Origin: Octopus bimaculoides | Lineage: Eukaryota | NCBI RefSeq assembly: GCF_001194135.2 | Contig: NC_068984.1 | Span: 21,132,860 to 21,184,633, forward strand | Direction: 5' to 3' | Length of the DNA stretch: 51,774 bases | Shown: positions 35,904-47,759 of the stretch, piece after piece | How the letters are laid out: every line of letters begins with the position of its first letter | Numbering within the stretch: the stretch's first letter is position 1 | The notes under the pieces: model-generated | What the model was told of the DNA's origin: nothing | Seen by the model: only the letters and a program-made list of their open reading frames with translations | Database searches by the model: none | Made by a program: the position numbers and the translations under genes

Positions 35904-36789
35904 GTACATACATACGTATGTCCTTATATGCATATATGTTTGTATGTATGTATCAGAAAAGAAAGAGGAAAAAGCAATTGTGAACAATGAAAGAAATAAA
36001 AAGTCAATATAATGCACGAAAAAATAACACAAATAATGAAATAATAATAACAAGCAAGGTCCAAACTGGGGTCACGTGACCCAGTTATTACGAAAGATTG
36101 CAATTGTAAACTAAGCATTTTTCTTTTATTCTTTTTCTTTCTTCTCCTGTTTTTCTTTCTTTCTTTCTTTTTTAATGGCTTTTTGAAATAACCTGGTAGG
36201 TTGCCAGACTGGATGATGGAAAGAAAGGAAAAAAGAAAGACAAAGGGAAAGAAGGTAAGAATGAGTGAATGAATGAATGAATGAATGAATGATTGGAAGA
36301 AAACAGTCAAGACATTTTAGTTGAAAGAAAAAAAGCCATAAAAAGAGCTTACTAATGACGGTGGACGTCTTCTGGTGGTTACAAAGAAACGATTTAACAG
36401 AGAACAGGCCATTGTCAAAGTAAATGAAAAGAAAAAATAGAAGGAAGAGAAGAAAGAAAGAAAGAACGAGCGGGCGAGAACGGTTCAATGAAGAAAGGAA
36501 AAGAAAAAAAGAAACGAAGAAATGAAAGAAGGAAGAAAAACGGAAGACGGAAAGAAGGAAATGAAATAAGAATGAAAAAAAAAAAGAAACAAAGAAAATA
36601 TAAAGGTAGAAGGAAAGAAGGAAGGTAGGAAAGGCTGTAAGGATGACATTGGCAATATTTAAGTTATAAAAAGGAAGTAATTATTTTACGAATTGAGCAT
36701 TCAAGATGTCATAGATTAGAGGGGGAAAGGTAAAAAAAGGTGGTGGGGATAGATTAGAAAATAAAGGGAGGAAAATTAATGATGGCCAT

Positions 36790-37030
36790 GGTGATAAGAT
36801 GGGGTTTGGGATGAAGCAAAGTGTTTAGGGGTTGTTTAATTCATAATAAAGCTCCAATCTTTCTTTGAGGTATGTGGAGTGGAAGAGGAACAGACCATCG
36901 ATATTGTCGAGGATTATTTCTATTGTAATTCACTGAGTCTCATGGATTCCACTGGAGTCTTCATTTTCATGGAATGTATTGGGTTGTCAGATGAATTCGT
37001 TCGTTTTTTATTTATCAACAATTACAATAA
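36790..37030 (-). mobile_element. Possible Penelope-like RT/linker relic
   Basis: Weak minus-strand text ...IGALL*I....KHF..., cf. IGxxFxxLIDKHF. Confidence 0.3.
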
Positions 37031-37060
37031 ATTAGTCTATAATGTATTTTCCTTTATTAA

Positions 37061-37260
37061 GGTGGTGAGCTGGTAGAATCGGTAGCACACCGGGCAAAAT
37101 GCCTAGCGACATTTCGTCCGTCTGCACACTCAGCGGTGGTCGACTTTGCCTTTCATCCTTTCGGGGTTGATAAATTAAGTACCAGTTGAACACTTGAGTC
37201 GATGTAATCGACTTATCCCTCCTCCGAAATTGCTGGTCTTGTGCCAAAATCTAAAGCCAA
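37061..37260 (+). mobile_element. Family-A SINE with internal deletion, type-2 tail
   Basis: GGTGGTGAGCTGGTAGAATCGGTAGCACACCGGGC...GTCGACTTTGCCTTTCATCCTTTCGGGG...GGTCTTGTGCC. Confidence 0.85.
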
Positions 37261-38065
37261 TATATTTTCCCACATTGTTCACGTCTTCTTCCCAATGTTC
37301 CATTAGCCTAGCCTGTCAATACATTGACCGATTTGTTTGAATTGTGGATGAAAAATCGGAATTCAAAGAAATAGGAAAAAATGACACTCTAATAGGGTTT
37401 CTAGGACACATATGAGTAAAAACATTTAAAGTATCTGGTTACAGGATTGTCTTCAAATAGTGTACCTAAGGTAAATACTCATGTCAAAATGAAGGGCTTA
37501 GCTATCACTACCTTATAGATTTTTGTCTTTCTAGTTAAGTTGCTTATTCCCGTAGAGCTCATCGCCACTCTGACCGCTTAACTACTGACCTCTCACAGTC
37601 GTCAGTGGAAACTCATATTTTGAGATTAGATTTCAAGACACCCTTATGTTTCTTGTGAATGCCGGCCGATGGTTAGTTCCCTGTAAGAGCGTTTTTATAT
37701 TTGACTCCATTAAAGCAATGCTTCTTGACCACCGTTACTGGCCTTTGATGAAGAGAGCTTCGATTCCTTTCATTCTGTAATGTTAAAGTACAGTCCCATT
37801 TTCACTGCAAATTGTTTTGATTGCGTCCTAAGTGGAATTGGTCTCGTTTAATTTTGCTTTTTTTCGTGTTAGCGTGCCATGTTTCGCTACTGTTTCAAAA
37901 CGTAGTTAGGACAACTATTTAATATAAACCAATCTTTGTGCTAAAGTGGATCCCATAATTTAACCAGAGTCTAGAGTTAAGTCTTCCACTGGCAACACTT
38001 CTATTCGTGTTCTTAACGCAACGTCAACGCGAATAGCTAAAACACAGACAGACAGACAGACAGAC

Positions 38066-38125
<60 letters not shown>

Positions 38126-38499
38126 GTATCCCAACCTTTGTTCCTCAGAAGATCGACAATGTGGAGCTCCATTTCCTTGTAGAAAATCAGCCTACAGATG
38201 TGCAAACTGATGTGTAACTCATTGATCTCACCAGTATTGAAGGGCTTCTTGACGAGTTGGTTTCATGTTTCGAAGATAGGTTTTAAAAAATCAAGAGGGT
38301 AAATATGGGCACTGGTCCCTCTCCCATCCCCTTCTCAGACTATCAAATAGAAAACGTTGATTGCCATGCCGTGTCCAAAATATTACAATGCAGTGTCGGG
38401 ATGCTATTAGTCAGGCACATTCCATTGAATTTGCTCCGGATGCAACCGGTACTTATCCGGTACTTATCCGAGCCAATCAAGTAGTTCCTGCGTGGTAAC

Positions 38500-38685
38500 T
38501 TTACCTGCTAGAAATAGTTGCTAAAATTACTTCAAATCACACCTTGCTGCCGTAAAAAGAGAAAGAACCTGTCGGAAAACGTAATCTGGATATTCCTAAA
38601 AGACAGGATAATCAGTGCTAGAATGCCTTTGATTCCAGGTGCGCTCGAACAGGACTGGCCTGGTATTAAACAACAACAATAACAA
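38500..38685 (+). repeat. Interspersed repeat (family D); related copies at about 43880-44070 (+), 44850-45010 (-) and 45610-45770 (-)
   Basis: Shared CTAGAAATAG...CAAATCACAC...GAATGCCTTTGAT...CTCGA...GGCCTGG...AAACAACAAC architecture. Probably an RTE-mobilised retroposon tail (inference). Confidence 0.55.
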
Positions 38686-38998
38686 TAATAACTGCATCAG
38701 TTGATACTTATTTTATCGCATGCGAAAGAATGAAAAGTAAACTCAATCGCTGCAGGATTTGAACTAAGAACGTTGAGAGTTTGAACTTAATACTGCAACG
38801 GCATTTATTGGGTCCGGCAAAAAAAGATACATTCCATAGTGTCGATTGACCCACATACTTTTGGCAATCCCACATAATTTTATATCCCAACACTTGACGT
38901 CTCTCCCCACTCCCGCGCCTTTAATACATACAACCGCCATTTGTCGCTTGTCAGTTGTCAACTGGTGAGCGGCGACTTTATTACTGAAAAGTAGTAGT

Positions 38999-39043
<45 letters not shown>

Positions 39044-39933
39044 TGGGGCGAGAAACTATAAAGAAAAAAAAAACGGAAGAAGAGTGGGGAATAAAATGAG
39101 CAAAGACAAATAGATAAAAAGAAGGAAAGCGACAGTATTATTATATAGCTGTCGGAAGACGTCCTGTGTAGTCAACCGTAATAGCCGAAGTCAACCATGA
39201 CAGTCGAAGCGTGTCGTAGTCGTGGTGGCTGGCGGTTGTCAAATTATTTTATTGAAACGTATGAAAAACTCTTTTATTGTAAAAAGAGATGTGAACAAAC
39301 ATTTGCATCGTTCTACTGGGAACAGTCTCACTGTCTGGTTGGAATCTAGTCTGAACAATAAGATCGGTAACATTTAATAAGGAGGAGTGTGATAAAAGGT
39401 TAAAAAAAAAAATTAAAAAACGAAAAAAATTACCGTGCAAGCTCCCCCACAAGTAGGGATAACGGCACTGTTTCAATTCCCGGTTAAAGCTATTTCAACT
39501 CACTTATATCATTTTTCTTTTACTTGTCTTAGTCGTTGGACTGTGACCACGCTGGGCACTGCTTTCAAGAGTTTAATCGAATAAACCCATCTAAAAAGTC
39601 TTATTTTAACATTTAAAAATTTTTTATTTTTGTATGGTTTAGAGATCAAATGTGGGGATCACCCTTTTTTTTTTTCATTCTGGAAGACTGCATTGAATTA
39701 ACCACCGCCCAAAATATCTAATACCTATTACTTTATAAAATATGATTATTTATAAAAATTCAACGAAATGTTAACAAAGAAGGTGGAATTTCAGAATATG
39801 TGACTTAATTTACTTAACACTACAAAGCTTATATATATTTTACTTTTGACAATCTTTTTCTAAAAGTGAAACCGGTAAAGTGAATAAACATCTTTAAAAT
39901 TGCATTTTAAAACCTTCTTTCATATATATATAT

Positions 39934-40110
39934 AGTTGGAATTTACAGAAAAACAAAAGACGAAGACAGGTGTATAAACAGCAAACAGGTGTATTAGTTT
40001 AATGCTCGGGAAGGTGAGAAGGTATTTTACGTTTCGAGCCTACGCTCTTCAACAGAAAGGAACACAAGAAAATAAACAGAGAGAGAATAAAAAAAGCTTT
40101 AGCGGCTAGC
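39934..40110 (-). mobile_element. Penelope-like terminal (pLTR-type) fragment with a hammerhead-like motif
   Basis: Minus CCTTTCTGTTGAAGAGCGTAGGCTCGAAACGTAAAAT, followed by a pyrimidine-rich tail ending in (TA)n. Confidence 0.6.
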
Positions 40111-40255
40111 AGTCTTCTTTCAGTTTCCGTCTACTAAATACACTCACAAGGCTTTAGTCAGCCCGAGGCTATTGTAGAAGACACTTGCCCAAGGTGCCAC
40201 GCAGTGGGATTGAACCCGAAAGCAAGCTTTTTATCATACAGTCAAGTCTACGCCG
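40111..40255 (-). mobile_element. Family-B CORE SINE 5' half
   Basis: CAGTTTCCGTCTAC...GTAGAAGACACTTGCCCAAGGTGCCACGCAGTGGGATTGAACCC. Confidence 0.85.
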
Positions 40256-42026
40256 ATTTTCCAACAAATGTACTTCATTCAGAAGGAATCTGAGTTCATA
40301 AAATTCTTTTCAGGATGTCCGTGACTAGTGCGAAGAGGTTGTCCTCTGAACTGTAGACCTGACTCCAATGCTTTCAACATAACGGTCTCTGTTGAAGTTA
40401 CCCAAAATCTAGGTGGTGGTATTAAATCGGGTACTGGATTATATCAATGACTTGAGACAAAGAAAAGTCTCTTTGACATACTTCCATGCAGTATGTCAAC
40501 TAAATTTCACTCACAAGGATTTTGATGACATGAAAAAGAGGAAGTAAACATTTACCCAAGTAAAGCACAGTGGGATCGAATCTAAGGCCTGACTTGGCAT
40601 TTGCGAATTGAAGTTTTTAACCAGACAGCTATATTTACATTCACGCAGAATAGAATAAATAGCACAATTTCATATATCCTCACTTTTAAAAGCGTTGGGC
40701 TTTGTTCCTAAACAAAGGAATATTGTAGGAGAACAATAGTGTGGACAGAATCGCAGGCATGCTGAGTTTGCTAGCCAGTTTCAAATTTTAATTATGCGTC
40801 GATTCCCCTTCAGATAAGTCACTATGAACCCTAAAAACAAACCACCTATTTACCCCTTGCCTTCTGCACTCTTAAAGAAATCAATACCTTTGTCATTCTC
40901 ATAACGGCGAATTGGCAGGAAATTTACATTGTATAGCATCACATCTCTTCACATTAAATTCCTACCCTATTGGAATCGAATTTGCCTTTTCATCTCCTCT
41001 GGGTCGATATATAACCACCCCTATCTTATATGATTATTCTGGGTGAGATGTTATGTTCAATTGAGTCAGTCCGCGTTTATTTAGTAGGATTGGTTGAATT
41101 GAATATAGATCCTCTACAAAAAATTAACAATGTGTGTGTGTGCGCGCGCGAGCAATGTTATTTGATACGCGTTGATGTTTGTTTGTTTTAAGGCTATATA
41201 TATNNNNNNNNNNNNNNNNNNNNNNNNNNNNNNNNNNNNNNNNNNNNNNNNNNNNNNNNNNNNNNNNNNNNNNNNNNNNNNNNNNNNNNNNNNNNNNNNN
41301 NNNNNNNNNNNNNNNNNNNNNNNNNNNNNNNNNNNNNNNNNNNNNNNNNNNNNNNNNNNNNNNNNNNNNNNNNNNNNNNNNNNNNNNNNNNNNNNNNNNN
41401 NNNNNNNNNNNNNNNNNNNNNNNNNNNNNNNNNNNNNNNNNNNNNNNNNNNNNNNNNNNNNNNNNNNNNNNNNNNNNNNNNNNNNNNNNNNNNNNNNNNN
41501 NNNNNNNNNNNNNNNNNNNNNNNNNNNNNNNNNNNNNNNNNNNNNNNNNNNNNNNNNNNNNNNNNNNNNNNNNNNNNNNNNNNNNNNNNNNNNNNNNNNN
41601 NNNNNNNNNNNNNNNNNNNNNNNNNNNNNNNNNNNNNNNNNNNNNNNNNNNNNNNNNNNNNNNNNNNNNNNNNNNNNNNNNNNNNNNNNNNNNNNNNNNN
41701 NNNNNNNNNNNNNNNNNNNNNNNNNNTATACATACATACATACATACATACATACATACATACATACACACACGCAAACATTCACACATGCTACTTACTC
41801 ATGTTGTACGTGTAATTTGTGTGCGTACTTGTACCCACATACAAACACATATACAAACTTTCACAAACAAACACACACACACACACACACACACATGGTT
41901 TAAAGTAAATTAGCAATCAATCATTCCGTAGTTCCTGGAAGGAGGTTAGTAGAGGCTTTTAGTTAAACCGGAAGCGGAAGTGTTTGATTTCGAAACTAGT
42001 TCTCATTTACAGACGTACCGAACTTC

Positions 42027-42027
<1 letters not shown>

Positions 42028-42085
<58 letters not shown>
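42028..42085. repeat. (ATA)n microsatellite
   Basis: Directly visible. Confidence 0.95.
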
Positions 42086-42086
<1 letters not shown>

Positions 42087-42765
42087 TCCCATTTATAGTT
42101 TCTATTTGGATTATATATATATTTTTTTCCAGCCAATCATTTGGAAAATCCGGTTCCATACTCTTTAGTCTCCACCAATCAGCACATATATCCGGTTTTG
42201 TAGTACACCTGATCAAAGCAATCGATTGACGTATTCAGGTAATGCTAGATATTTCGGTAGAGTGGCAGATTTCCTTGAAAACTTACATGTCATCGCTGGA
42301 TTATTTTCGATGTGGCTGTTATTTATTGTTCTTAGTATTGGTTATTGTTAATATTGTTGCTGTTGTTATTGTTGTTATGTTGGTGTTTAACTTTCAGCAA
42401 CTAATGATTTCACGTTTTGTTTTACTGCGTGTTTCCCCCCCCCCTTTTATTTTGCTTCTATTTTCTGTTATTTATGGCATAATTTTTATTATTGCAGTTA
42501 ATTGCAGCTGCAATCACACTTCACCCATTGTTTATTTACCAATTGCAATTAATCATTGGCTACTTAGTGGCAGTTGTTGTTGTTGGTGTTCTTGATGTTG
42601 TTGCAGTTTAAGGCTGTTTCCATTTTTAATGTCGCCGTCGTTGTTACTGTTCGTAACTATATTTAGAGTTTTTATTTGAAACACTTCAAATGTGTTTTAA
42701 AAAGTTTGAACTTTATAACTTCCTGTTTTATTACACTTTCATAACAACATCTTGTGCACAGTAAA

Positions 42766-42794
<29 letters not shown>

Positions 42795-42802
<8 letters not shown>

Positions 42803-43010
42803 CTGGTTCAAGGCCAGCGATTTCGAGCAAAGGGGTAAGTCAATTATATCGACCCCAGGCCCTGGCTGGTACTTCATTTTTCGACCTTGAATTGACGAAA
42901 GACAAAATTGACTGTGGCAGCATTTTGATTCAGAATGAAAAGATCCCCACAAGAAATGCCGATAGAATTTTATATAACGTACTAACGATTCTGCCAGCCC
43001 ATCACCTCAA
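42795..43010 (-). mobile_element. Family-A SINE with (ATT)n tail
   Basis: (AAT)n, then CAAGGCC...TATATCGACCCCAG...AGAAATGCC...ACTAACGATTCTGCCAGC. Confidence 0.75.
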
Positions 43011-43060
43011 TAACTAATCCTTTCTACTATAGTCACAAGGCCTGAAATTTTCTGAAGAGG

Positions 43061-43338
43061 GAAATTGAGAAATATCAGGGTCTAGTCAGAGAGCTGAGGA
43101 GACTGTAGAAGACCAAGACAACAATTACTCCTGTGGTTATTGGTGCACTTGGCACAACACCCACAATGCTACCAAAACGACTGAAGTGTGTTGAAATTCA
43201 AACTCACATTGTCGACCTGCAGAAAAGTACGATCCTATATTCTGCAAGAACCCTAAGAAAGATTCTTGAGATTTGAGGAGACTTGTTGTTATCAAACCTC
43301 AAGATAAAATATCTGCTAACTAAATTAGCATGCACTAG
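43061..43338 (+). mobile_element. R4/Dong-type LINE 3' end (older)
   Basis: EIEKYQGLVRELRRL*KTKTTITPVVIGALGTTP...LQKSTILYSARTLRKILEI* plus a short 3' UTR. Confidence 0.85.
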
Positions 43339-43339
43339 C

Positions 43340-43660
43340 GAGTACCAGGACCTAGCCATTGAATTACAGAGACTATGGCAAGTGCGGGTAAAATGTACCC
43401 CAGTAGTTATAGTTGCATTGGGAACTGTTCCTAATGATCTCAACAGATGGATAGAGGAAATAGGCATAAAACCCAGTTTAGTACAGTTCCAGAAAACAGT
43501 ATTATTAGGGACAGCTAGGGTACTTAAGAGGGTTCTTGGCATATAAGGTTACTTGTTGTAGCCCGATGTTAGGATTTATTCTTTTCCAACAGTCTAATCT
43601 GTTGTGTTTATATGAAAATAATAATGATAATAATAATAATAATAATAATAATTAATAATA

Positions 43661-43696
<36 letters not shown>

Positions 43697-43703
43697 TAAT
43701 AAT
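43340..43703 (+). mobile_element. R4/Dong-type LINE 3' end (younger) with (TAA)n tail
   Basis: Uninterrupted EYQDLAIELQRLWQVRVKCTPVVIVALGTVP...QKTVLLGTARVLKRVLGI* (stop at 43544-43546), then a 3' UTR and (AAT)n from about 43617 to 43703. Confidence 0.9.
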
Positions 43704-44222
43704 TTATTGCCCCTAGGGCCACAGATGATTGGTAAATTAATCTATCACGCCGTGTAACACATTCTTTTTCTTGGGTACTATTAGCAGAGTTCATTTTATT
43801 GCAAGTAATGAGACCATGTTCCTTCTTTGGAAATAACATCCTTCCAGACAGCAACAATAAACTCCCCAGGAGCCTCTTCATGGTCACCCGAACCTCTAGA
43901 AATAGCAACAAATCTCTTCAAATCACATTCTGTCATCTCAAATAAAAAAATAAAAAAGATTTGTCAAAGTAGACCCTGGTATGCAAAAAGGATGTGGTAT
44001 GTGGTGGACATAGCTAGAACAACTTTAATCAGAGATCCACTTGATCATTCTGGCCTGGGGGTGGGGGCTGAATATCAGTATATTTACAGCTACCATCGTC
44101 ACAACAATATTACAAGCAAAAATGAGTGTATTGTGTGTGTGTGTGTGTGTGTTTATAAAGCTACAAATGCTACAACTGCAAGATATCATCATCATCGTCG
44201 TCACCGTCGTCGGTTTCGAATG

Positions 44223-44421
44223 TTGGTACAAGACCAGCAACTTTGGGGGAGGGGTAAGTAGATTACAGCGACCCCTGTACTCAAGTGCCACTTATTTTAT
44301 CGACACCGAAGGGTGAAATGAAAAGTCGACCTCAGCGGAATTTGGAGTCAGAACATGCATTCGGACGAAATGCCACTAAGCATTTTGCCCGGTGTGCTAA
44401 CGATTCTGTCATCTCGTCGCC
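44223..44421 (-). mobile_element. Family-A SINE, diverged
   Basis: ACAAGACCAGC...TTTTATCGACACCGAAGGG...GTCGACCTCAGCGGAATTTG...GCCCGGTGTGCTAACGATTCTG. Confidence 0.8.
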
Positions 44422-44674
44422 TAATCATCATCACCAACAGCAACAACAACGCAGCAAGAGGAAGAACTTGGCTGGAAGAGTATGGCCAACCACAGCAGCC
44501 AAGAAGAGCTTGAAGCTTGTCTTCTCATTTCAGACTGTCTCTCGGAGCGATATGGGACTATGGTGTTTTAGAAGTTTACCTTCTTTAATGTCCCACTTAA
44601 GTGGACACGAATGTTTACCTGTGAGTAAAGTTAGAAAGTTCTTTAAGACGGAATGCTGTATATTCGATTCGTCC

Positions 44675-44814
44675 ACACAGTTTCCGTCTACCAAATTCAC
44701 TCACAAGGCATTTGGTAATCTCGTGGTTATAGCAGAAGACATTTGCCTAAGGTCCGTGTAGTAGGACAAAACCCGAATCTCGTGATGCAAATGAGCTTCT
44801 TAACCAAACAGCCA
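44675..44814 (-). mobile_element. Family-B SINE 5' half
   Basis: CAGTTTCCGTCTACCAAATTCACTCACAAGGC...GAAGACATTTGCCTAAGG. Confidence 0.75.
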
Positions 44815-46062
44815 ACACTAAAAAAAGAAAAAAATAGTCCATGTCGTATTGTTATTGATGATTAACCCAAGGTAACCACTGGTCGAGCAGACTTATGATC
44901 ACAAATGTGATCATCCTGTCTTGTTACTGGAATGCTACTTCTGGGATCACATTAAATGTGATCCTTTCGTTCTGTTTTCGAAGATCTTACGGCGTGATTT
45001 TTGAAAGCAATTGTGCGACCATGTAAAGTCTAACTTGTTGACTTGTAATATCGTTCTGTAGTTGTTTTATTTTATCAACTTTAACTGATATTTTTTAAAG
45101 AAAATGTCTTGTTAACGAAAATTTATTTCTAACGTGGTTGTAACCAATATAGTCTAAATCCAGAGTGGAGAATATTTTTAGTTCCGGAAGCGAATTACAA
45201 ATGCATCAGAATTTGTTGAGGTACGTATGTGCCAAGAAAAATAATGACTCTTTAATTTGACAAATTCATGAATATGAATCCGTTTTTCATTTAGATTTTT
45301 TGAGACTTCGTCAAGTGAATGGTTTCAAAATTGAATTGAATGTAAGTGTCATGTCACCCGCGTACGAAGGATTTCATCGAAACCGTTGTGTAAAGCAGCT
45401 GCGTCAAATGGAATGGTCACCAAATTGTTACCGCTGTAACATTTTATACTCAGTAAGAATTTTATACCTCAGTATATTATGTTACCTCAGTAACAATTTT
45501 ATACTCCAATATCTTTTTAATTGATGAAACATTACGGCACAAACTGCTATTCTATTTTTATTACTTCAGAAAGGCAAACAGTCGAATCGAACAAAATTGT
45601 ATATTACAATATAGCCGAAGTCATTTCAGTCGTGACCATCCCGCTACTTGTTCAGGCACATTTGATGTATCCCCCTTTTGTAATGACGGTAGAGTAGGAT
45701 TTGAAGGGGATTTGGCTGTTATTTCTGACACGTTGAACAATCAGTTAGAAGTTCCTCGTCGGTTTGACAATAAACATGTAAATTGTTAAGATTGTTAAAT
45801 AGAATTTACTAACAAGTATGAATTCAGGCGCTCTTTGCAATTGTCAGACAAATCAGCCATCTTTAAGAGCGATTATAGTCACAAGTTTCATCAGATAAGA
45901 GTCAATTAAAAGTGGAAATACACGTTAAGTAACTGATGTTAAACTAATTCGTATTAAGGTGAATGACCGCATGACAAATTCTTATAACAAGGCGCTGTAA
46001 ATATCTCATCAAAGGCATATTGTAAATAATAATAAATGCAGGTAAAGGCAACACATACATCA

Positions 46063-47360
46063 TCTATATATATAAAAATCTATATATATAAAAATGAGAA
46101 TGTGTGTCTGTCTGTCTGTCTGTCTGTCTGTGTGAATCCCTAAAACTCGAGAACTACGCAACTAATTTCATTCAAATTTTACACATGCCTTACTTAGGGT
46201 TCCAGTTGTGTTTTAGTCAAAAAAAAATTATTAACTTCTTGCAGAGTTCGAGCACACGGCAACATAATATCTCCTCCACTATTTAAGTATAACGTGTCAA
46301 AAGTGAAACAAAAACACTCATGTCAAATACTTTCACTTNNNNNNNNNNNNNNNNNNNNNNNNNNNNNNNNNNNNNNNNNNNNNNNNNNNNNNNNNNNNNN
46401 NNNNNNNNNNNNNNNNNNNNNNNNNNNNNNNNNNNNNNNNNNNNNNNNNNNNNNNNNNNNNNNNNNNNNNNNNNNNNNNNNNNNNNNNNNNNNNNNNNNN
46501 NNNNNNNNNNNNNNNNNNNNNNNNNNNNNNNNNNNNNNNNNNNNNNNNNNNNNNNNNNNNNNNNNNNNNNNNNNNNNNNNNNNNNNNNNNNNNNNNNNNN
46601 NNNNNNNNNNNNNNNNNNNNNNNNNNNNNNNNNNNNNNNNNNNNNNNNNNNNNNNNNNNNNNNNNNNNNNNNNNNNNNNNNNNNNNNNNNNNNNNNNNNN
46701 NNNNNNNNNNNNNNNNNNNNNNNNNNNNNNNNNNNNNNNNNNNNNNNNNNNNNNNNNNNNNNNNNNNNNNNNNNNNNNNNNNNNNNNNNNNNNNNNNNNN
46801 NNNNNNNNNNNNNNNNNNNNNNNNNNNNNNNNNNNNNNNNNNNNNNNNNNNNNNNNNNNNNNNNNNNNNNNNNNNNNNNNNNNNNNNNNNNNNNNNNNNN
46901 NNNNNNNNNNNNNNNNNNNNNNNNNNNNNNNNNNNNNNNNNNNNNNNNNATTTGTTTTCTTATCCAAGACTACGTCAAAAGTACTGAATGGATCTTTATG
47001 AAATTTGGAAATTATATTCTTTGCATAACGGCCATAACTCCCATGAACAACTGTATGTTGGCTGCTCAAGAGTGGGCAGCAACAAAAAACCTATTTGTAT
47101 ATGCTCCACAAGGGAAAACAAGGAACATAGTTTACAATGAGCTGTTATAATCACAACAGCAAGAAAGTATGTACATGATCACCTTCTTTTACGAAACTTC
47201 ATTGACTTTCATATATTTATATTGATATACATATATATACGTGTGTTTGGGTGCGTGTGTGTATATACATCTCTCTATATAAAGATGATGCGTAGTCTAG
47301 ACGGCGTTTGTAGATTTCATTATTCTCTTTAACCCGGGCAACGCCGGGTATTTCTGCTAG
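46063..47360 (+). mobile_element. Helitron-derived region spanning a gap, with RepHel helicase C-terminal remnant
   Basis: 5' A|TC terminus plus (TGTC)n. 47048-47150 reads QLYVGCSRVGS / KNLFVYAPQGKTRNIVYNELL* (helicase motif VI region, one frameshift). 3' hairpin CCCGG-GCAACG-CCGGG at 47333-47348, then CTAG|T at 47357-47361. Confidence 0.8.
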
Positions 47361-47759
47361 TAATTATTAATTTACTTGAAAATAACCTGTCAACAATGAA
47401 ATAAAATTTCTACAAGAAAATTTACGATAGAAAATAGTCAATGAAATAATAACGGCCTTATTAAACATTCTGCTTATAAGGTGTCAGTTTGTCTATTGAT
47501 TTTAAATGCATATTTAATATAGCAGAATATTAGCAAAGTCGTTATAACATCGGACAGAATTAATTGTGGTATTTAGTTATGGTCTTTTACGCTTTCAATT
47601 CAAATCTTATCACAGTCACCGTTTCATCTTTTTCTCCCGTTGGATGTCGAGAAATTAGAGTCAAGCATTGGTTTGATTTATTTTCCTATAAAGCACCCTA
47701 GCCGTAAGGGGAATTATATTGTAAGACTTTAATTAGCTTTGTAATTTAATCCGAGATGA

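Noticed and set aside
36100-36660. Purine-rich tract giving Lys/Glu/Arg-rich and Phe/Leu-rich ORFs
   Set aside because: Low-complexity (GAAA)-type sequence with no domain signal.
37330-37960. Possible decayed LINE coding sequence on the minus strand
   Set aside because: I could not recover any diagnostic motif by hand; it needs a translated search.
42242-42595. 117-aa hydrophobic ORF resembling a membrane protein
   Set aside because: The hydrophobicity comes from (TTG/TTA)-rich low-complexity DNA; no family similarity recognised.
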